Below, one piece after another: positions 16,446-26,699 of a stretch of 55,758 nt of DNA. Source of the stretch: a virus (taxonomy: Duplodnaviria > Caudoviricetes); the IMG/VR virus record IMGVR_UViG_3300042922_000297, positions 1 to 55,758 of that record. One strand, given 5' to 3'. How positions within the stretch are numbered: position 1 is the first letter of the stretch; the number at the start of each line of letters is the position of its first letter. A program made the position numbers and the translations under genes. The notes under the pieces were generated by a model. The model worked only from the letters and a program-made list of their open reading frames with translations, was not told where the DNA came from and searched no databases.

Positions 16446-19400
16446 ATCGCCATTCACTTGGACGTCTACACCCGCCTCAAGGACGGGGATATTCGCCGCG
16501 ACGCGCAGAAAATCGAGCAGGTCTTCGATAAGGCTGGGGATCGTGCTGGCCGGGCGTTCGGCGAGAATCTGTCTGCAGGGATTGAGCGGTCGGCGCCGAA
16601 GGTTGAGCGCAACGCGGCGCGGATGGAGAAGGCGACCAGCAAGGTCGCGGACGCTATCAGCCGTACCCGTGTCGAGCAGGCGAAATACGATGAGGTGGCG
16701 AAGAAGTCCGACGCGACTGACCGGCAGAAGATTGAGCGGTCGGAGGCGTTGGCGAAGGCGAAACGCGCTGAGGCGTCGGCTATTCGGGAAGCATCCCGGG
16801 TTCATCAGGACAGTAGCCGCGAGATCCTGAACATTTCGCGGGCTGGCAGTGAAGCTACGGGCACGCTGGCGCAGATGGGCACTGTGGTGGGCTCCCTCGG
16901 TCGTGTCGCTGGGCCTGCCGGTATCGGGGTGTTGGCGGGTTCGATCGGCGCGTTGGCGGGTGTGGCTGCCGCGGCGTCCGGTGTGATTGGTGCGCTTCCG
17001 GGTGTGATCGGTGGTGCGGCTGCGGCGTTCGGGACGTTGAAGATCGCGACGCTCGGTTTCGGCGAAGCGATGGAGAACCTCCGCGACACCGAGAAGTTCA
17101 ACGAGGCGATCCGCCAGTTGTCGCCAAACGCGCGTGAAGCGGCGTTGTCGATCCGCAGCTTGATGCCGGCGTTCGACAATTTGAAGAACGCCACCCAGGA
17201 CGCCCTGTTCGCGAATGTCGGCCCGCAGATCGAGGCGCTGTCAGCGCAGTTCCTTCCCGCGTTGCAGCGGATGACGACGGGCATCTCTAGCGCGTTCAAC
17301 AGCATGTTCATGGGCATCACGAACCAGTTGATGACCCCGGAGATGACGAAGGTCATCGAGAACATCACCGGCAATATCACTGCGGCGTTCCAGAATCTCG
17401 CCCCGGCGGCAACGTCGATGACGAACGCCTTCGCCCAGTTGACCAGTGTGGGATCGAACTTCCTGCCCGGGCTTGCTACGGCCGCCGCGTCTGCTGCGGA
17501 GTCGTTCTCCAAGTTCATCACGGAGGCGGCGAATTCGGGTCAGTTGCAGCAGTGGATTCAGACCGGCATGGACATGATGAAGCAGCTCGGGGCTGCGACG
17601 TTGAACGTGCTGGAGGCGTTCGTCGCGATGGCCCCGGTGGGTGAGCGGATCATGCCTGCGATTGTCAATGCCACTGAGGTTTTGGTGGATTTGATGCCGG
17701 TCCTGAATTCGTTGATTGTGCCGATTTCGCCGTTGTTGACGGGGTGGGCTCCGGCTATCGAGGGTGCTTCGGGTGCTGTTTCTGGGCTGATGGCGGTGAT
17801 GTCGCCGTTGTTGGCTACGGTGACGGCGATTGCCGATGCGTGGGCGTATATCCGTGGCGAGTCCCGTACCGGTGGCGGGGGTGGTCGGACGCTGCGCGCC
17901 CCGGGTGGCGGTGCGGGCGTTCCTGGTAGTCTGCCGGGCGGTATTGGTGGCATTGGCGGCGGCGCGGGGATGCCGCAGGGTGTTGGCGGTACCGGTGGCC
18001 GGGGTATCGGTGAAATCTCGCCGTGGTCAGGCAATCCGATCAACAACGGTCGCGGCGGCGCAGGCGCTGGCGCGGGTGGGCTTCCTGAAGCCCCTGTGTT
18101 GCCGTTGGGGCCGATGGCGAACCCGAATCAGTCTGCCACCCTGTTTTCGGCTGAGCAGTCCGTGTTGGATGCGCGGCACAGCGTTGAGGAGAAACGCGCC
18201 CGCCTGAATCAGTTGGAGGGGTCGGCTGCGGCTTCGGCGAATGACATTCAGGACGCCCGCAACGACGTGTTACGCGCGGAGCAGTCCGAACTTGAAGCGC
18301 AGATGCGGCTGAATGAGGCCCGCAAGACTGCGGCTGAGCGCGGCATGAAGCAGTTGGACGGCTTGTCGTCGGACCTTGGGCAGATCGGCGCCCAACTGGA
18401 CGCTGACTTCGGTATCTCCAAGGGCCTTGGTGGTATCGCGGAAAACATCACGAAGTTCGTCGCGAATCTTGCCGCGGCGCCACTATTGGGCCAGTTGGGT
18501 GCAATCTCGGCGGCAAACCCCTCCAAGGGTGGTCACGGCATCATGGGAATGCTGGCCGCCCAGGGGGCGTTCGGCCCGAACCATACCGGCATCCAACAGC
18601 AGTCCTACGCATACCAGGCGTCGGCTATGGGTCCGATGCCCGTGGGTGCCAGTGGTGGCGCGTACCCCGGTGACGCTGCACTGCTGTCGAACGTGCCAGT
18701 CGGCCGCTACACCCAATCTGAGCGCGGCGACCTCACCCAAGGGTTGGCCGACTGCTCCAGCGCCATCGAGGATCTGGTCAATCTCATGGACGGCCGCCCC
18801 ACGAGCGGGGCGTCGATGTACACCGGCAACGCTGCGGAGTTCTTGCAGTCCCGAGGGTTCCAGCCCGGCATGGGCGGGCTGGGTGATATGCGGGTCGGAT
18901 ACAACTCCGGTCACATGCAAGCCACGTTGCCCGGAGGGACACCATTCAACTGGGGTTCCAACGCTTCAGCAGCGAACCGTGGGATCGGCGGGACAGGCGC
19001 GGACGATCCCTCGTTCACCGACCACTGGTACCGGCCCGCGGCGTTCACGGGTGCAGAAAACACGGGCGCTGTCGGCCCGCCAACCCCGTACAACGCCAAC
19101 TACCCCACGGGTGGCGGCAACTTCAACCCGAACATGCAGATCGACACCAGCCGCGCATCTGTCGCGCCACCGTTCAACCCCAACGCCATCACCCCGTGGT
19201 CGCTAGGCCAGAACACAGTCGGCGACAACGGACTAGCACCAGGAGAAGGCGTACCCGGACAGGGCGGCCCACTGGCAGCTATGGCCCCCACCCGCATCGG
19301 CGGTGTCGAACCAAACCGAGGCACCGGGGGCGGCGGTATCGGAATGGCATCCGGCGGGCTGCTTGACATGGGCATGCAGGCCGGCGGCATGGCCTTAGAT

Positions 19401-19808
19401 GTCATGGCCCCCGGCGCTGGGCAAGCCGCGCAGATGGGCATGAAACTCGCCAACCGAGCTATCGAGTTCGGCGGACAGGCCGCCGGTATCGGCGCACAAG
19501 GCCTGATTGACACGTTCCTGCCCATCGGCGGATCACAGTTGGCGTCCAACAACTGGCTGACGAAGATCGCTGGCGGCCTTGCAGGCGCAGGAGCGGCCAT
19601 CCCCAACGTCGCCGGGCAGTCCAGCCAGCCCACCCCTGAACAACTCGCAGGGCAGCCCTCAGCGCCGCAACAGAGCGGCGTCGGTGGGCAGGCGGCGCAG
19701 ATCAGCCACCAGACCACCATCAACGCCGGCAAGGACCGATCCGGGGCAGGAATCGCCCGCGACTTCGAGTACCACACCAGCGCCGCATCACGCGGGCCAG
19801 GAATGTGA
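16446..19808 (+). CDS. Tape measure protein (probable ATC start; TTG 16458 alternative)
   Basis: Longest ORF, Ala/Gly-rich helical; DCSS...GH cysteine-peptidase-like segment. Confidence 0.93.
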   Translation: MAIHLDVYTRLKDGDIRRDAQKIEQVFDKAGDRAGRAFGENLSAGIERSAPKVERNAARMEKATSKVADAISRTRVEQAKYDEVAKKSDATDRQKIERSEALAKAKRAEASAIREASRVHQDSSREILNISRAGSEATGTLAQMGTVVGSLGRVAGPAGIGVLAGSIGALAGVAAAASGVIGALPGVIGGAAAAFGTLKIATLGFGEAMENLRDTEKFNEAIRQLSPNAREAALSIRSLMPAFDNLKNATQDALFANVGPQIEALSAQFLPALQRMTTGISSAFNSMFMGITNQLMTPEMTKVIENITGNITAAFQNLAPAATSMTNAFAQLTSVGSNFLPGLATAAASAAESFSKFITEAANSGQLQQWIQTGMDMMKQLGAATLNVLEAFVAMAPVGERIMPAIVNATEVLVDLMPVLNSLIVPISPLLTGWAPAIEGASGAVSGLMAVMSPLLATVTAIADAWAYIRGESRTGGGGGRTLRAPGGGAGVPGSLPGGIGGIGGGAGMPQGVGGTGGRGIGEISPWSGNPINNGRGGAGAGAGGLPEAPVLPLGPMANPNQSATLFSAEQSVLDARHSVEEKRARLNQLEGSAAASANDIQDARNDVLRAEQSELEAQMRLNEARKTAAERGMKQLDGLSSDLGQIGAQLDADFGISKGLGGIAENITKFVANLAAAPLLGQLGAISAANPSKGGHGIMGMLAAQGAFGPNHTGIQQQSYAYQASAMGPMPVGASGGAYPGDAALLSNVPVGRYTQSERGDLTQGLADCSSAIEDLVNLMDGRPTSGASMYTGNAAEFLQSRGFQPGMGGLGDMRVGYNSGHMQATLPGGTPFNWGSNASAANRGIGGTGADDPSFTDHWYRPAAFTGAENTGAVGPPTPYNANYPTGGGNFNPNMQIDTSRASVAPPFNPNAITPWSLGQNTVGDNGLAPGEGVPGQGGPLAAMAPTRIGGVEPNRGTGGGGIGMASGGLLDMGMQAGGMALDVMAPGAGQAAQMGMKLANRAIEFGGQAAGIGAQGLIDTFLPIGGSQLASNNWLTKIAGGLAGAGAAIPNVAGQSSQPTPEQLAGQPSAPQQSGVGGQAAQISHQTTINAGKDRSGAGIARDFEYHTSAASRGPGM

Positions 19809-19818
19809 GGACTGACCT

Positions 19819-22206
19819 GTGACGCTGCCGTGGACACTGCCCCAAGAACTAGAGGGCGGCACCTACGTGCCGGGCAAGAAACGCTACCCAGCAGGGGAAA
19901 TCACCGCCGCCGGCTGGTGGCACCTGGTCAACGGCACCCGCCCCTTCATGCAACTGAAGGCGTACGACTCGTCGATCACGTTCATGCTGACCGGCGGACT
20001 CGCACCACCGTTCCACGATCCGACCACCCCGGAATGCGTTGAACTCAAATCGTTGAAGGGTTTGATCCCGCCGTGGCGACACATCATGCAGAAGGGCGCC
20101 ACACAGGACGGCTCCACCCACGTCGACGCCATCTACGACCCCACCGAGGTCGAGCTGGTCGTTGAGTGTGTCGGTAAGGGGTGGCGCGGTAAAGCGCAGG
20201 TGGTCCGTGACCTGCTCGCGTCGATCGACGCCAACAAGCAGTCCGAGGTCGGGTTCTTCGACCGGGACGCCGGCTACTGGTGGTCGATGCTGCGCTGGTA
20301 CCAGGGCGCGCCCCCGGACGCCCTGAATCTGGTGAACAACGGGCAACCCTTGTCGCTGCGGCTTCTGGCTGATGATGCGTTGTGGCGCACCTACGACCAC
20401 ACGGCCATGTTCGGGTTCTCCTACGCCGACATGATCGACGAGTTCAGCATCGACTACGACGGTGATCTCGGCCCGAACTGGCCGCAGTACTACACCGGTT
20501 CGGGTGCTGGGTTCAGTTATGTCGGTGGTGGCGCGGCGAAGTGGCAGGACGACCCGGACCGCATGTTCTTCACCGGTTCTCGCCGCGTGGTGGCAGGCCC
20601 GTTCCGCAGCTTCTACGCCGCCGCCGATGACGTGGATGTGTCGTTTCAGGTTAATAACACCCCCGAGTTCACCGTGGGTACGGGTGCCGCGAATGATGCG
20701 TGGGCTCGGATGGGACGCGATGTGGATGGAAACTGGGATGGCTCCGGTGTGCGAGCCCGCATCGGCTGGGGTTTCGTCCGCCTGTCGGTGTTCAAGGACT
20801 TCGCCGAGGTGTGGCATTACCAGTCGATTGTGGCGATTCCCCCGCTTGCTGGTGAGGAGTTCATTCTCCGCTGTATCGGACGCACATACTCGCTGATCCG
20901 GTCATCGAGCGGCGGTACGTACACGATGCTGACGCGCACCGAAACCGGCAGCAACCTGTCGTTCATGGATTCCGATCACCGAGGTATCGGGTTCGGTATG
21001 CAGGCTGGGGGCGCGTTGATCACGCAGGCCACCCCGGCGCAGGTGCGTCAGGTCGTTGTGGATGGCGCGGTCATCGACTCGTTCAATGTGACCACCAGTA
21101 ACGATCTGGGTGGGGACTGGCCGCTGCGCTACTCGGGCGTGAACGACGCCTACGTGCGCGCGGTCAGTGGGTCGGCGGTGTGGATCGACAACGCCGGCAC
21201 CAACACCCAAGAGGTTGTGAACGGACCGTACAAGGACTTCCACACGGTGACCGACTATCAGGTCGCGTCGATGGTGTTCGGGTCCATGCAGGAATGGTCG
21301 TTGCCCGCGGGCGCTGCCAACGATGTGTGGGTGCGGATGGGCCGCAACGTAGACGGTTCGTGGGACGGCAACGGTGTGCGGCTGCGGTTGGAGAACAACA
21401 TTCTGAAGTTGTCGCGCTGCAACAACTTCGTTCACACCATGATGAGGCAGCAGGTGGTGTTGGTGCCGCCGCTGATCGGGGAGAAGTTCACTCTGGCCGC
21501 CGGTGTGGAGGGCAACCCGAGGTTGTTCAAGGTGTACCGCAATGGCGTGGAGGCGATGGCGTTCAAGGAACGCGATACGGCCTCGCTGATGGGCGTTAAC
21601 TACCGCGGCGTCGGGTTCGGTATGCAGGCGGGGGCGGCGTTGATCACCCAAGCCACCCCGGGCGCGATGCGCCGCATCGAAGCCGGGGATAACTCGACTG
21701 TGTCTCAGTCGGGCTGGCTGGAACGCGTGAATGTCGGCGATCAGCCGATGTATGACGACTACACCCTGTTCGGTCCGGGCACCTTCAAGATTTGGGACGG
21801 GCCCGGGAGTGACGAGTTCGTGGAGTTCGGGCCGCTGCTGGACAACCAAACGGTGTTCCTGCGGACTGATCCGCGGTCGAATACCACTCTGGTACAGGAC
21901 ATGACGACAGTCCCGCCAACACCGCAGCAGTTGTCAGGATTTCAGCAGGCCATCCGAAAACTGGTCAGCTTCTTCTCATCCAAGAATGCCTTCACCGACC
22001 ATTTCACGTCGATGTTCGGGATCGCTTCACCGCAGGGCAATTTCTACAAGTACCTGAATGGCCGGTTCTCTGATAATTCGGCGATTCCGCCGAAGTCGCC
22101 CGGTGCTGCGGCGAAGCCGTACTACGTGAAGGTGGAGATCGACGACGGCAACGCCGACTCGAAGATTATCTGCTCGGGCACTCCGAAGCGGCGGTACCCA
22201 CTCTAG
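19819..22206 (+). CDS. Minor tail protein (Dit-like) with duplicated lectin-like insertion
   Basis: First gene after tape measure; internal repeat. Confidence 0.85.
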   Translation: MTLPWTLPQELEGGTYVPGKKRYPAGEITAAGWWHLVNGTRPFMQLKAYDSSITFMLTGGLAPPFHDPTTPECVELKSLKGLIPPWRHIMQKGATQDGSTHVDAIYDPTEVELVVECVGKGWRGKAQVVRDLLASIDANKQSEVGFFDRDAGYWWSMLRWYQGAPPDALNLVNNGQPLSLRLLADDALWRTYDHTAMFGFSYADMIDEFSIDYDGDLGPNWPQYYTGSGAGFSYVGGGAAKWQDDPDRMFFTGSRRVVAGPFRSFYAAADDVDVSFQVNNTPEFTVGTGAANDAWARMGRDVDGNWDGSGVRARIGWGFVRLSVFKDFAEVWHYQSIVAIPPLAGEEFILRCIGRTYSLIRSSSGGTYTMLTRTETGSNLSFMDSDHRGIGFGMQAGGALITQATPAQVRQVVVDGAVIDSFNVTTSNDLGGDWPLRYSGVNDAYVRAVSGSAVWIDNAGTNTQEVVNGPYKDFHTVTDYQVASMVFGSMQEWSLPAGAANDVWVRMGRNVDGSWDGNGVRLRLENNILKLSRCNNFVHTMMRQQVVLVPPLIGEKFTLAAGVEGNPRLFKVYRNGVEAMAFKERDTASLMGVNYRGVGFGMQAGAALITQATPGAMRRIEAGDNSTVSQSGWLERVNVGDQPMYDDYTLFGPGTFKIWDGPGSDEFVEFGPLLDNQTVFLRTDPRSNTTLVQDMTTVPPTPQQLSGFQQAIRKLVSFFSSKNAFTDHFTSMFGIASPQGNFYKYLNGRFSDNSAIPPKSPGAAAKPYYVKVEIDDGNADSKIICSGTPKRRYPL

Positions 22207-22267
22207 TGGCCGAGCTTGTCAGCCTGGGTGACCCCCAGGCCGATCAGTCATGCCTAGGGGAGGTCTT

Positions 22268-23989
22268 GTGATCTCCAAGATGACGATGGCGCAGCAGCAG
22301 GCGGAGTGGACGCGCGCCATTCAGTCGGGTAATCCGGCGTTCATCGCGAAGAAGGCCCGCGAACTGACCGAAGCAAGGTCGAAGGTAGACACCGACTTCC
22401 GGTTCACGGTGTACGACAAATTGTGGACCCCGATCGCCGGCATCGGCTCGGATCTCATGGAGGCGTCGGGCGCGGATCCACGCAACGACACCCCCACCGG
22501 CCGACTCGTCCTCAAGGGCAACAGTCAGCTGATCCCGATGTTCATGGACTGCCGCAAAACGATGGTGGGCTGCACTGTCGAGACCGCAGGCCTGCGGTAT
22601 GCGTTCTACACGAAGTCGCACTCGTATGAGTACAACGAGGGCGAGTGGACGGGAACTGTTGAACTCAAGGGCATTTGGGACATACTCAACTACTACGTGA
22701 TTTGGCCTTCATGGTGGCTTCCGTTGGCTGCCCAGCCGTTCTCGCACGCGATCTTCATTTGGGCGATGCGGACTGCCATCGAGAACATGGTGGCCGAGTG
22801 CTCTTTCCGTATCCAGATGGGCTGGATGGAGTTCATCAACAACGGCCTGTCCTTGAACTTTGATGTGCGGACGTGGTTCGGTGCAGTGCTACAGGGTTTG
22901 AAGCAGCACGGCATGTCTCCGGCGACTTTCGGGAAGATGCTGTCGACGCCGACGTTCGTGTCGCGCACCAACCCGTTCACTGATGGTTCGCCGTTTATGG
23001 CCCGGACTGTGCGGATGGAGACCGTGGGAGCGGTCATCAAGGATGTGACGCGCCCGTATGGCGTGGACACGGCGATGGACTTGTGGCTTCCGGGGGACGA
23101 TCAGCCGGACAAGTATTCGCGGTTGTCGGTGCCGACGTATGTGTTTAAAACGCATGACCGGTCGCAGATTACGGGTCCGACGAAGACGGTTCTGGATTCG
23201 GTGTTGCGGACGGTCATCGATTTGGGCGGGTCGCTTGGCGGTATTTTCAAGCCGATAGCCCGTCAGGTGCCTGGTATGTCGGGGACGTTCTACAGCCCCG
23301 CTTTGGGTGTGGATTTTGAGCAACCCTACGCCTACCTGGTGGCACCGGAGCCGGGCGAGGACTCGAACATCATGTCGGCGAAGATTGTTGACCACACCCC
23401 CGAGGGTTGGCAGCACATCATTGGAGGTCGTTCCCCGAAGTGGTTGAACGACTTGATGAATGCTACTTTCGCGTGGCTGATCGATTCGCTGATGATCGTC
23501 ATCGGGTTCACGGGAATCCCCTCGGACCTGCTGGCGGGGTTTCTCAATAATTCGTTCCTCGCATTCCAGCTCGTCCAGCACTATGACCGACGCGATGAGG
23601 TAGGCCCCTACCATCCCGCGATCGAACGATTCCACGCCACCGCGTCGGCTCCGTACAACATCGAGACGACGTTTGCGTTCATCAACGCGCTGTTTGACTC
23701 GGCGGGCTACACGACGGCCCAGGTGGTGTTCCGCAACGGCGACCAGTACGCGTTGGGACGAGACATCTTCCGTGGCGGTTTGATGAGCCTGGTCTACATG
23801 TCCCGTTCGCGGATGGTCACCGATTACGTCGAGAACGTGATGTGGCGTATCTCCCCGGATGAGCGGGTCGTGATGGTTCAGCTCGGCGATGGCCGCCGGG
23901 ACGAAGCGCCCCTCGCTAAGCATCAACGTCTGATCACAGGAATGTTCGAAGCGTTGAACGTGGTCACGCTAGCTCCCCAAAACGGTTAG
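22268..23989 (+). CDS. Minor tail / baseplate hub protein (Gp37-like)
   Basis: Synteny; FTVYDKLW, FIWAMRTAIE. Confidence 0.85.
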   Translation: MISKMTMAQQQAEWTRAIQSGNPAFIAKKARELTEARSKVDTDFRFTVYDKLWTPIAGIGSDLMEASGADPRNDTPTGRLVLKGNSQLIPMFMDCRKTMVGCTVETAGLRYAFYTKSHSYEYNEGEWTGTVELKGIWDILNYYVIWPSWWLPLAAQPFSHAIFIWAMRTAIENMVAECSFRIQMGWMEFINNGLSLNFDVRTWFGAVLQGLKQHGMSPATFGKMLSTPTFVSRTNPFTDGSPFMARTVRMETVGAVIKDVTRPYGVDTAMDLWLPGDDQPDKYSRLSVPTYVFKTHDRSQITGPTKTVLDSVLRTVIDLGGSLGGIFKPIARQVPGMSGTFYSPALGVDFEQPYAYLVAPEPGEDSNIMSAKIVDHTPEGWQHIIGGRSPKWLNDLMNATFAWLIDSLMIVIGFTGIPSDLLAGFLNNSFLAFQLVQHYDRRDEVGPYHPAIERFHATASAPYNIETTFAFINALFDSAGYTTAQVVFRNGDQYALGRDIFRGGLMSLVYMSRSRMVTDYVENVMWRISPDERVVMVQLGDGRRDEAPLAKHQRLITGMFEALNVVTLAPQNG

Positions 23990-24001
23990 GAGACAACAAC
24001 T

Positions 24002-24832
24002 ATGGCCTGGCCTATCGTTGACTGGAATGGTGTGCCGCACTATCAGGCGCAGGGTGATTTCTTGGTGCCAGTCGACCCGGATACGGGTGCGGCGATCATC
24101 ATGCTCAAGCAGGACGGTGGGGTCGGGGCGGGGTTCGCTGCCATCGAGCAGGGTCCCCCCGGTATGCACGCAGAGTTGCAGGAGGCGATCAATCTTACGC
24201 CTTTGGCGCATGATGATCCGTCTCCCGCGTCGGCCAGTTGGACGACGATCGCGCCTGCCGGTACATCGACACCGGCGACGTACCGGTTGAACCTGGCGAT
24301 CCATGAGGGCGAGCCCGGCGAGGACGGCGATACGGTTCTGGACCCGGCCGATTATGGCGGCGGCGTTCCCGGCCAGATCCTTCAGGTCAACGGCGACAGC
24401 GACGGATTCGAGTTGGTCGCGCAGAAGGTCACGGAGTTCTTCTTTCCCGCGACGGTGGTGAACACGCCATCTGGGAACGTGAATTACACGTTGGCGGGGG
24501 TGAACATTCCGGCCCGGCCGTATCCGCGGCGTGTCATTGCGCACGGCGGCACGGTGGTGACGGGTGAGGGTTCGGATGTGCGGGTCGACCTGCTGGCGCG
24601 TCTAGATGGGGAGACTGGCGGCAACATTGTTGCTCAGTGTCCGGGTATCGCGCAGACGGATCGGTTGACGTTGTGGCCGGGGAAGGCTGCGGGTCAGGCT
24701 GATTCGTATGATCAGATCGCGGCCAATGCGACGGGGACGGTCCACTTCCGTTGCGAGCGCCGCGCTGGCACCACGACGTACACGACGACGAACTCGTTCA
24801 CTCGGTTCATGGTTGAGGTCATCGCGCTGTGA
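24002..24832 (+). CDS. Minor tail protein
   Basis: AGGAG RBS; collagen-like GPPG and GEPGEDG. Confidence 0.82.
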   Translation: MAWPIVDWNGVPHYQAQGDFLVPVDPDTGAAIIMLKQDGGVGAGFAAIEQGPPGMHAELQEAINLTPLAHDDPSPASASWTTIAPAGTSTPATYRLNLAIHEGEPGEDGDTVLDPADYGGGVPGQILQVNGDSDGFELVAQKVTEFFFPATVVNTPSGNVNYTLAGVNIPARPYPRRVIAHGGTVVTGEGSDVRVDLLARLDGETGGNIVAQCPGIAQTDRLTLWPGKAAGQADSYDQIAANATGTVHFRCERRAGTTTYTTTNSFTRFMVEVIAL

Positions 24833-26502
24833 CCAATCCGCTCATTGATCCTGAGTGGTCGTCGGAGATTCCGTCTGCCCCGGTGCATAAGGGTCAGTCT
24901 CAGGGTGGGTTGACTCGTCCGTTTTCGGCTCAGCAGTTGGTTGAGTTCGGGATTGAGTTGATTGAGCAGTTTTTGCGGCGTGTGGTTAATGCGGTTGTGG
25001 GGTTTTTCATTCCGGGTGGTGGTCCGGCGTTTGATCAGTTGGCTGATTGGGCTGGCGGGATTAATGATGGGTTGCAGAACTTCGCTTCGTTGGTGACGGG
25101 TATCGATTTCAATCAGACGCCTGCGCAGGTGTGGCACGACATCATGCAGGTGTTCCTTAAGCCGTTGAATGTGTTCGCGGAGTTGATCGGCGGGTTCATT
25201 TCGTCGTTGCAGATACCAACCCTTGACCCGACGAAGATCCTGAATCTGCCTGGTCTGTTTTCGGATTTCGGGAACACGATCGAGGGGTTCTTTCAGGCGT
25301 TGACGGGTCAGTCTGGTGCGACGTCGTATGTGGATCCTGTTGAGGCGTTGACGTATTTGGCTGATCAGGTGTCGGGGTCTGCGCAGGCTATCGCGGAGTT
25401 GCAGGCCGCGAATGCGGGTTCGGAGAATAGTGGCCTGTCTGGTGGCGACAACTTTCAGACGCCGTACACGGGGAGTCTTGGCCCGGGTTGGAGTCTGACT
25501 TCGACTAACGGGATCACGTCGTATGTGGATACGTCGACTGGTAAGGCGGAGTGGCACAACAGCGGTAATGCGACGCCGACTGTGACAGCGCGCAGGATCA
25601 ATCCTGCCGATGCGAAGACGTTGACGGAGTTCCAGAAGATCACGGTGACGTTGACGACGCCTACGGGTCAGACGTTCGGGCGGATTCGGTTGCAGGGGCG
25701 GACTTCTGATGATGGCCTGCACTATGTGGTGGCTTATGCGTCGCCGGGTGGTGTCGCGATTGCGTATGCGGCTGGTGGCGCTGAGGTGGTCCTGGATTCA
25801 GGGCCGTTGCCGGGCGGGCAGAAACTGACAAACGGCACCGTGATCTCATTTGAGCCCGGCACGGCCGAGGGCCAGAACGAGTACGACGTCAAACTGAATG
25901 GCGTTAATGCCCAGTCGTATACAGACACTGGCAACTTGATCACCACTTCAGTGAACTACGCCGCTCGGGGCCTAGCTGAAGCGCCGAAAGGTTGGGCTAT
26001 CGGTTGGGCGGCGGCCCTGGAGTTGGGGCAGTGGCGACGCCCGCCGTCCCTGTCTGGTTGCACTATCGCTGACAACATTCCCGCCGAGATCAAGGGTCAC
26101 GGTTTCCGGGTGTATCGGGAATCGACCACCGGTGAGGAACTGACACTGGATGAGATCCTGTGCCCGCATTACGACGAAATCGACTACATCACTCCGGGTT
26201 CGGCGTGGTCGTCGGCGGGCTATGTCGTACCCAAGGCTGGTATGTGGTCGTTCTCGCACAGGTTCATCCGGACGGCGGCGAACTGGACGTATGTGGTGGT
26301 CGGGCTGCATGTCAACGGGGCTATCAGAGCTGCCGGGGGGATTCACTCGGGCGTCAACATCGCCCAGGACACGTTCCTGATGTACTGCGAGGAAGGCGAC
26401 GTCGTTGACCTGCGCATCAACCAAAAGAGCGGCACTGTCGCGATGGTTGGCTCCTCCACTGGTGCTGATTCCTACTTTGCGGGGGCGCTGATGTCGTCAT
26501 GA
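24829..26502 (+). CDS. Minor tail protein with lectin-like and C1q-like C-terminal domains
   Basis: Synteny; YVVPKAGMWSF...EGDVVDL...SYFAG. Confidence 0.8.
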   Translation: MTNPLIDPEWSSEIPSAPVHKGQSQGGLTRPFSAQQLVEFGIELIEQFLRRVVNAVVGFFIPGGGPAFDQLADWAGGINDGLQNFASLVTGIDFNQTPAQVWHDIMQVFLKPLNVFAELIGGFISSLQIPTLDPTKILNLPGLFSDFGNTIEGFFQALTGQSGATSYVDPVEALTYLADQVSGSAQAIAELQAANAGSENSGLSGGDNFQTPYTGSLGPGWSLTSTNGITSYVDTSTGKAEWHNSGNATPTVTARRINPADAKTLTEFQKITVTLTTPTGQTFGRIRLQGRTSDDGLHYVVAYASPGGVAIAYAAGGAEVVLDSGPLPGGQKLTNGTVISFEPGTAEGQNEYDVKLNGVNAQSYTDTGNLITTSVNYAARGLAEAPKGWAIGWAAALELGQWRRPPSLSGCTIADNIPAEIKGHGFRVYRESTTGEELTLDEILCPHYDEIDYITPGSAWSSAGYVVPKAGMWSFSHRFIRTAANWTYVVVGLHVNGAIRAAGGIHSGVNIAQDTFLMYCEEGDVVDLRINQKSGTVAMVGSSTGADSYFAGALMSS

Positions 26503-26696
26503 CGATTCCCGAAGTGCGTCAAGACCAACGCGAAGGCTCACCAACGTTCGGTGCGAGCGCACACAAACTACCCGAAACCTCACCGCACTACCTCGCAGGC
26601 CGCCACGAATGGGGCTACATGACCAGCGACAACGGCGGCGGATTCGCCTCCGACGCACAAGTGGCGGACTGGACCATCATGACCGGGGAGGAATAA
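26499..26696 (+). CDS. Small tail-region protein
   Basis: ATGA overlap; GG.ASDAQVADW. Confidence 0.7.
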   Translation: MTIPEVRQDQREGSPTFGASAHKLPETSPHYLAGRHEWGYMTSDNGGGFASDAQVADWTIMTGEE

Positions 26697-26699
26697 GAC

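Noticed and set aside
17870-18080. Gly-rich segment as a separate PE-PGRS-like element
   Set aside because: It is an in-frame low-complexity linker of the tape measure protein.
12820-25722. Long minus-strand ORFs opposite structural genes (e.g. 12820..13788, 15066..16094, 19849..20817, 22889..23926, 24712..25722)
   Set aside because: Shadow ORFs expected in high-GC DNA; no recognisable motifs, and fully overlapped by well-supported genes.
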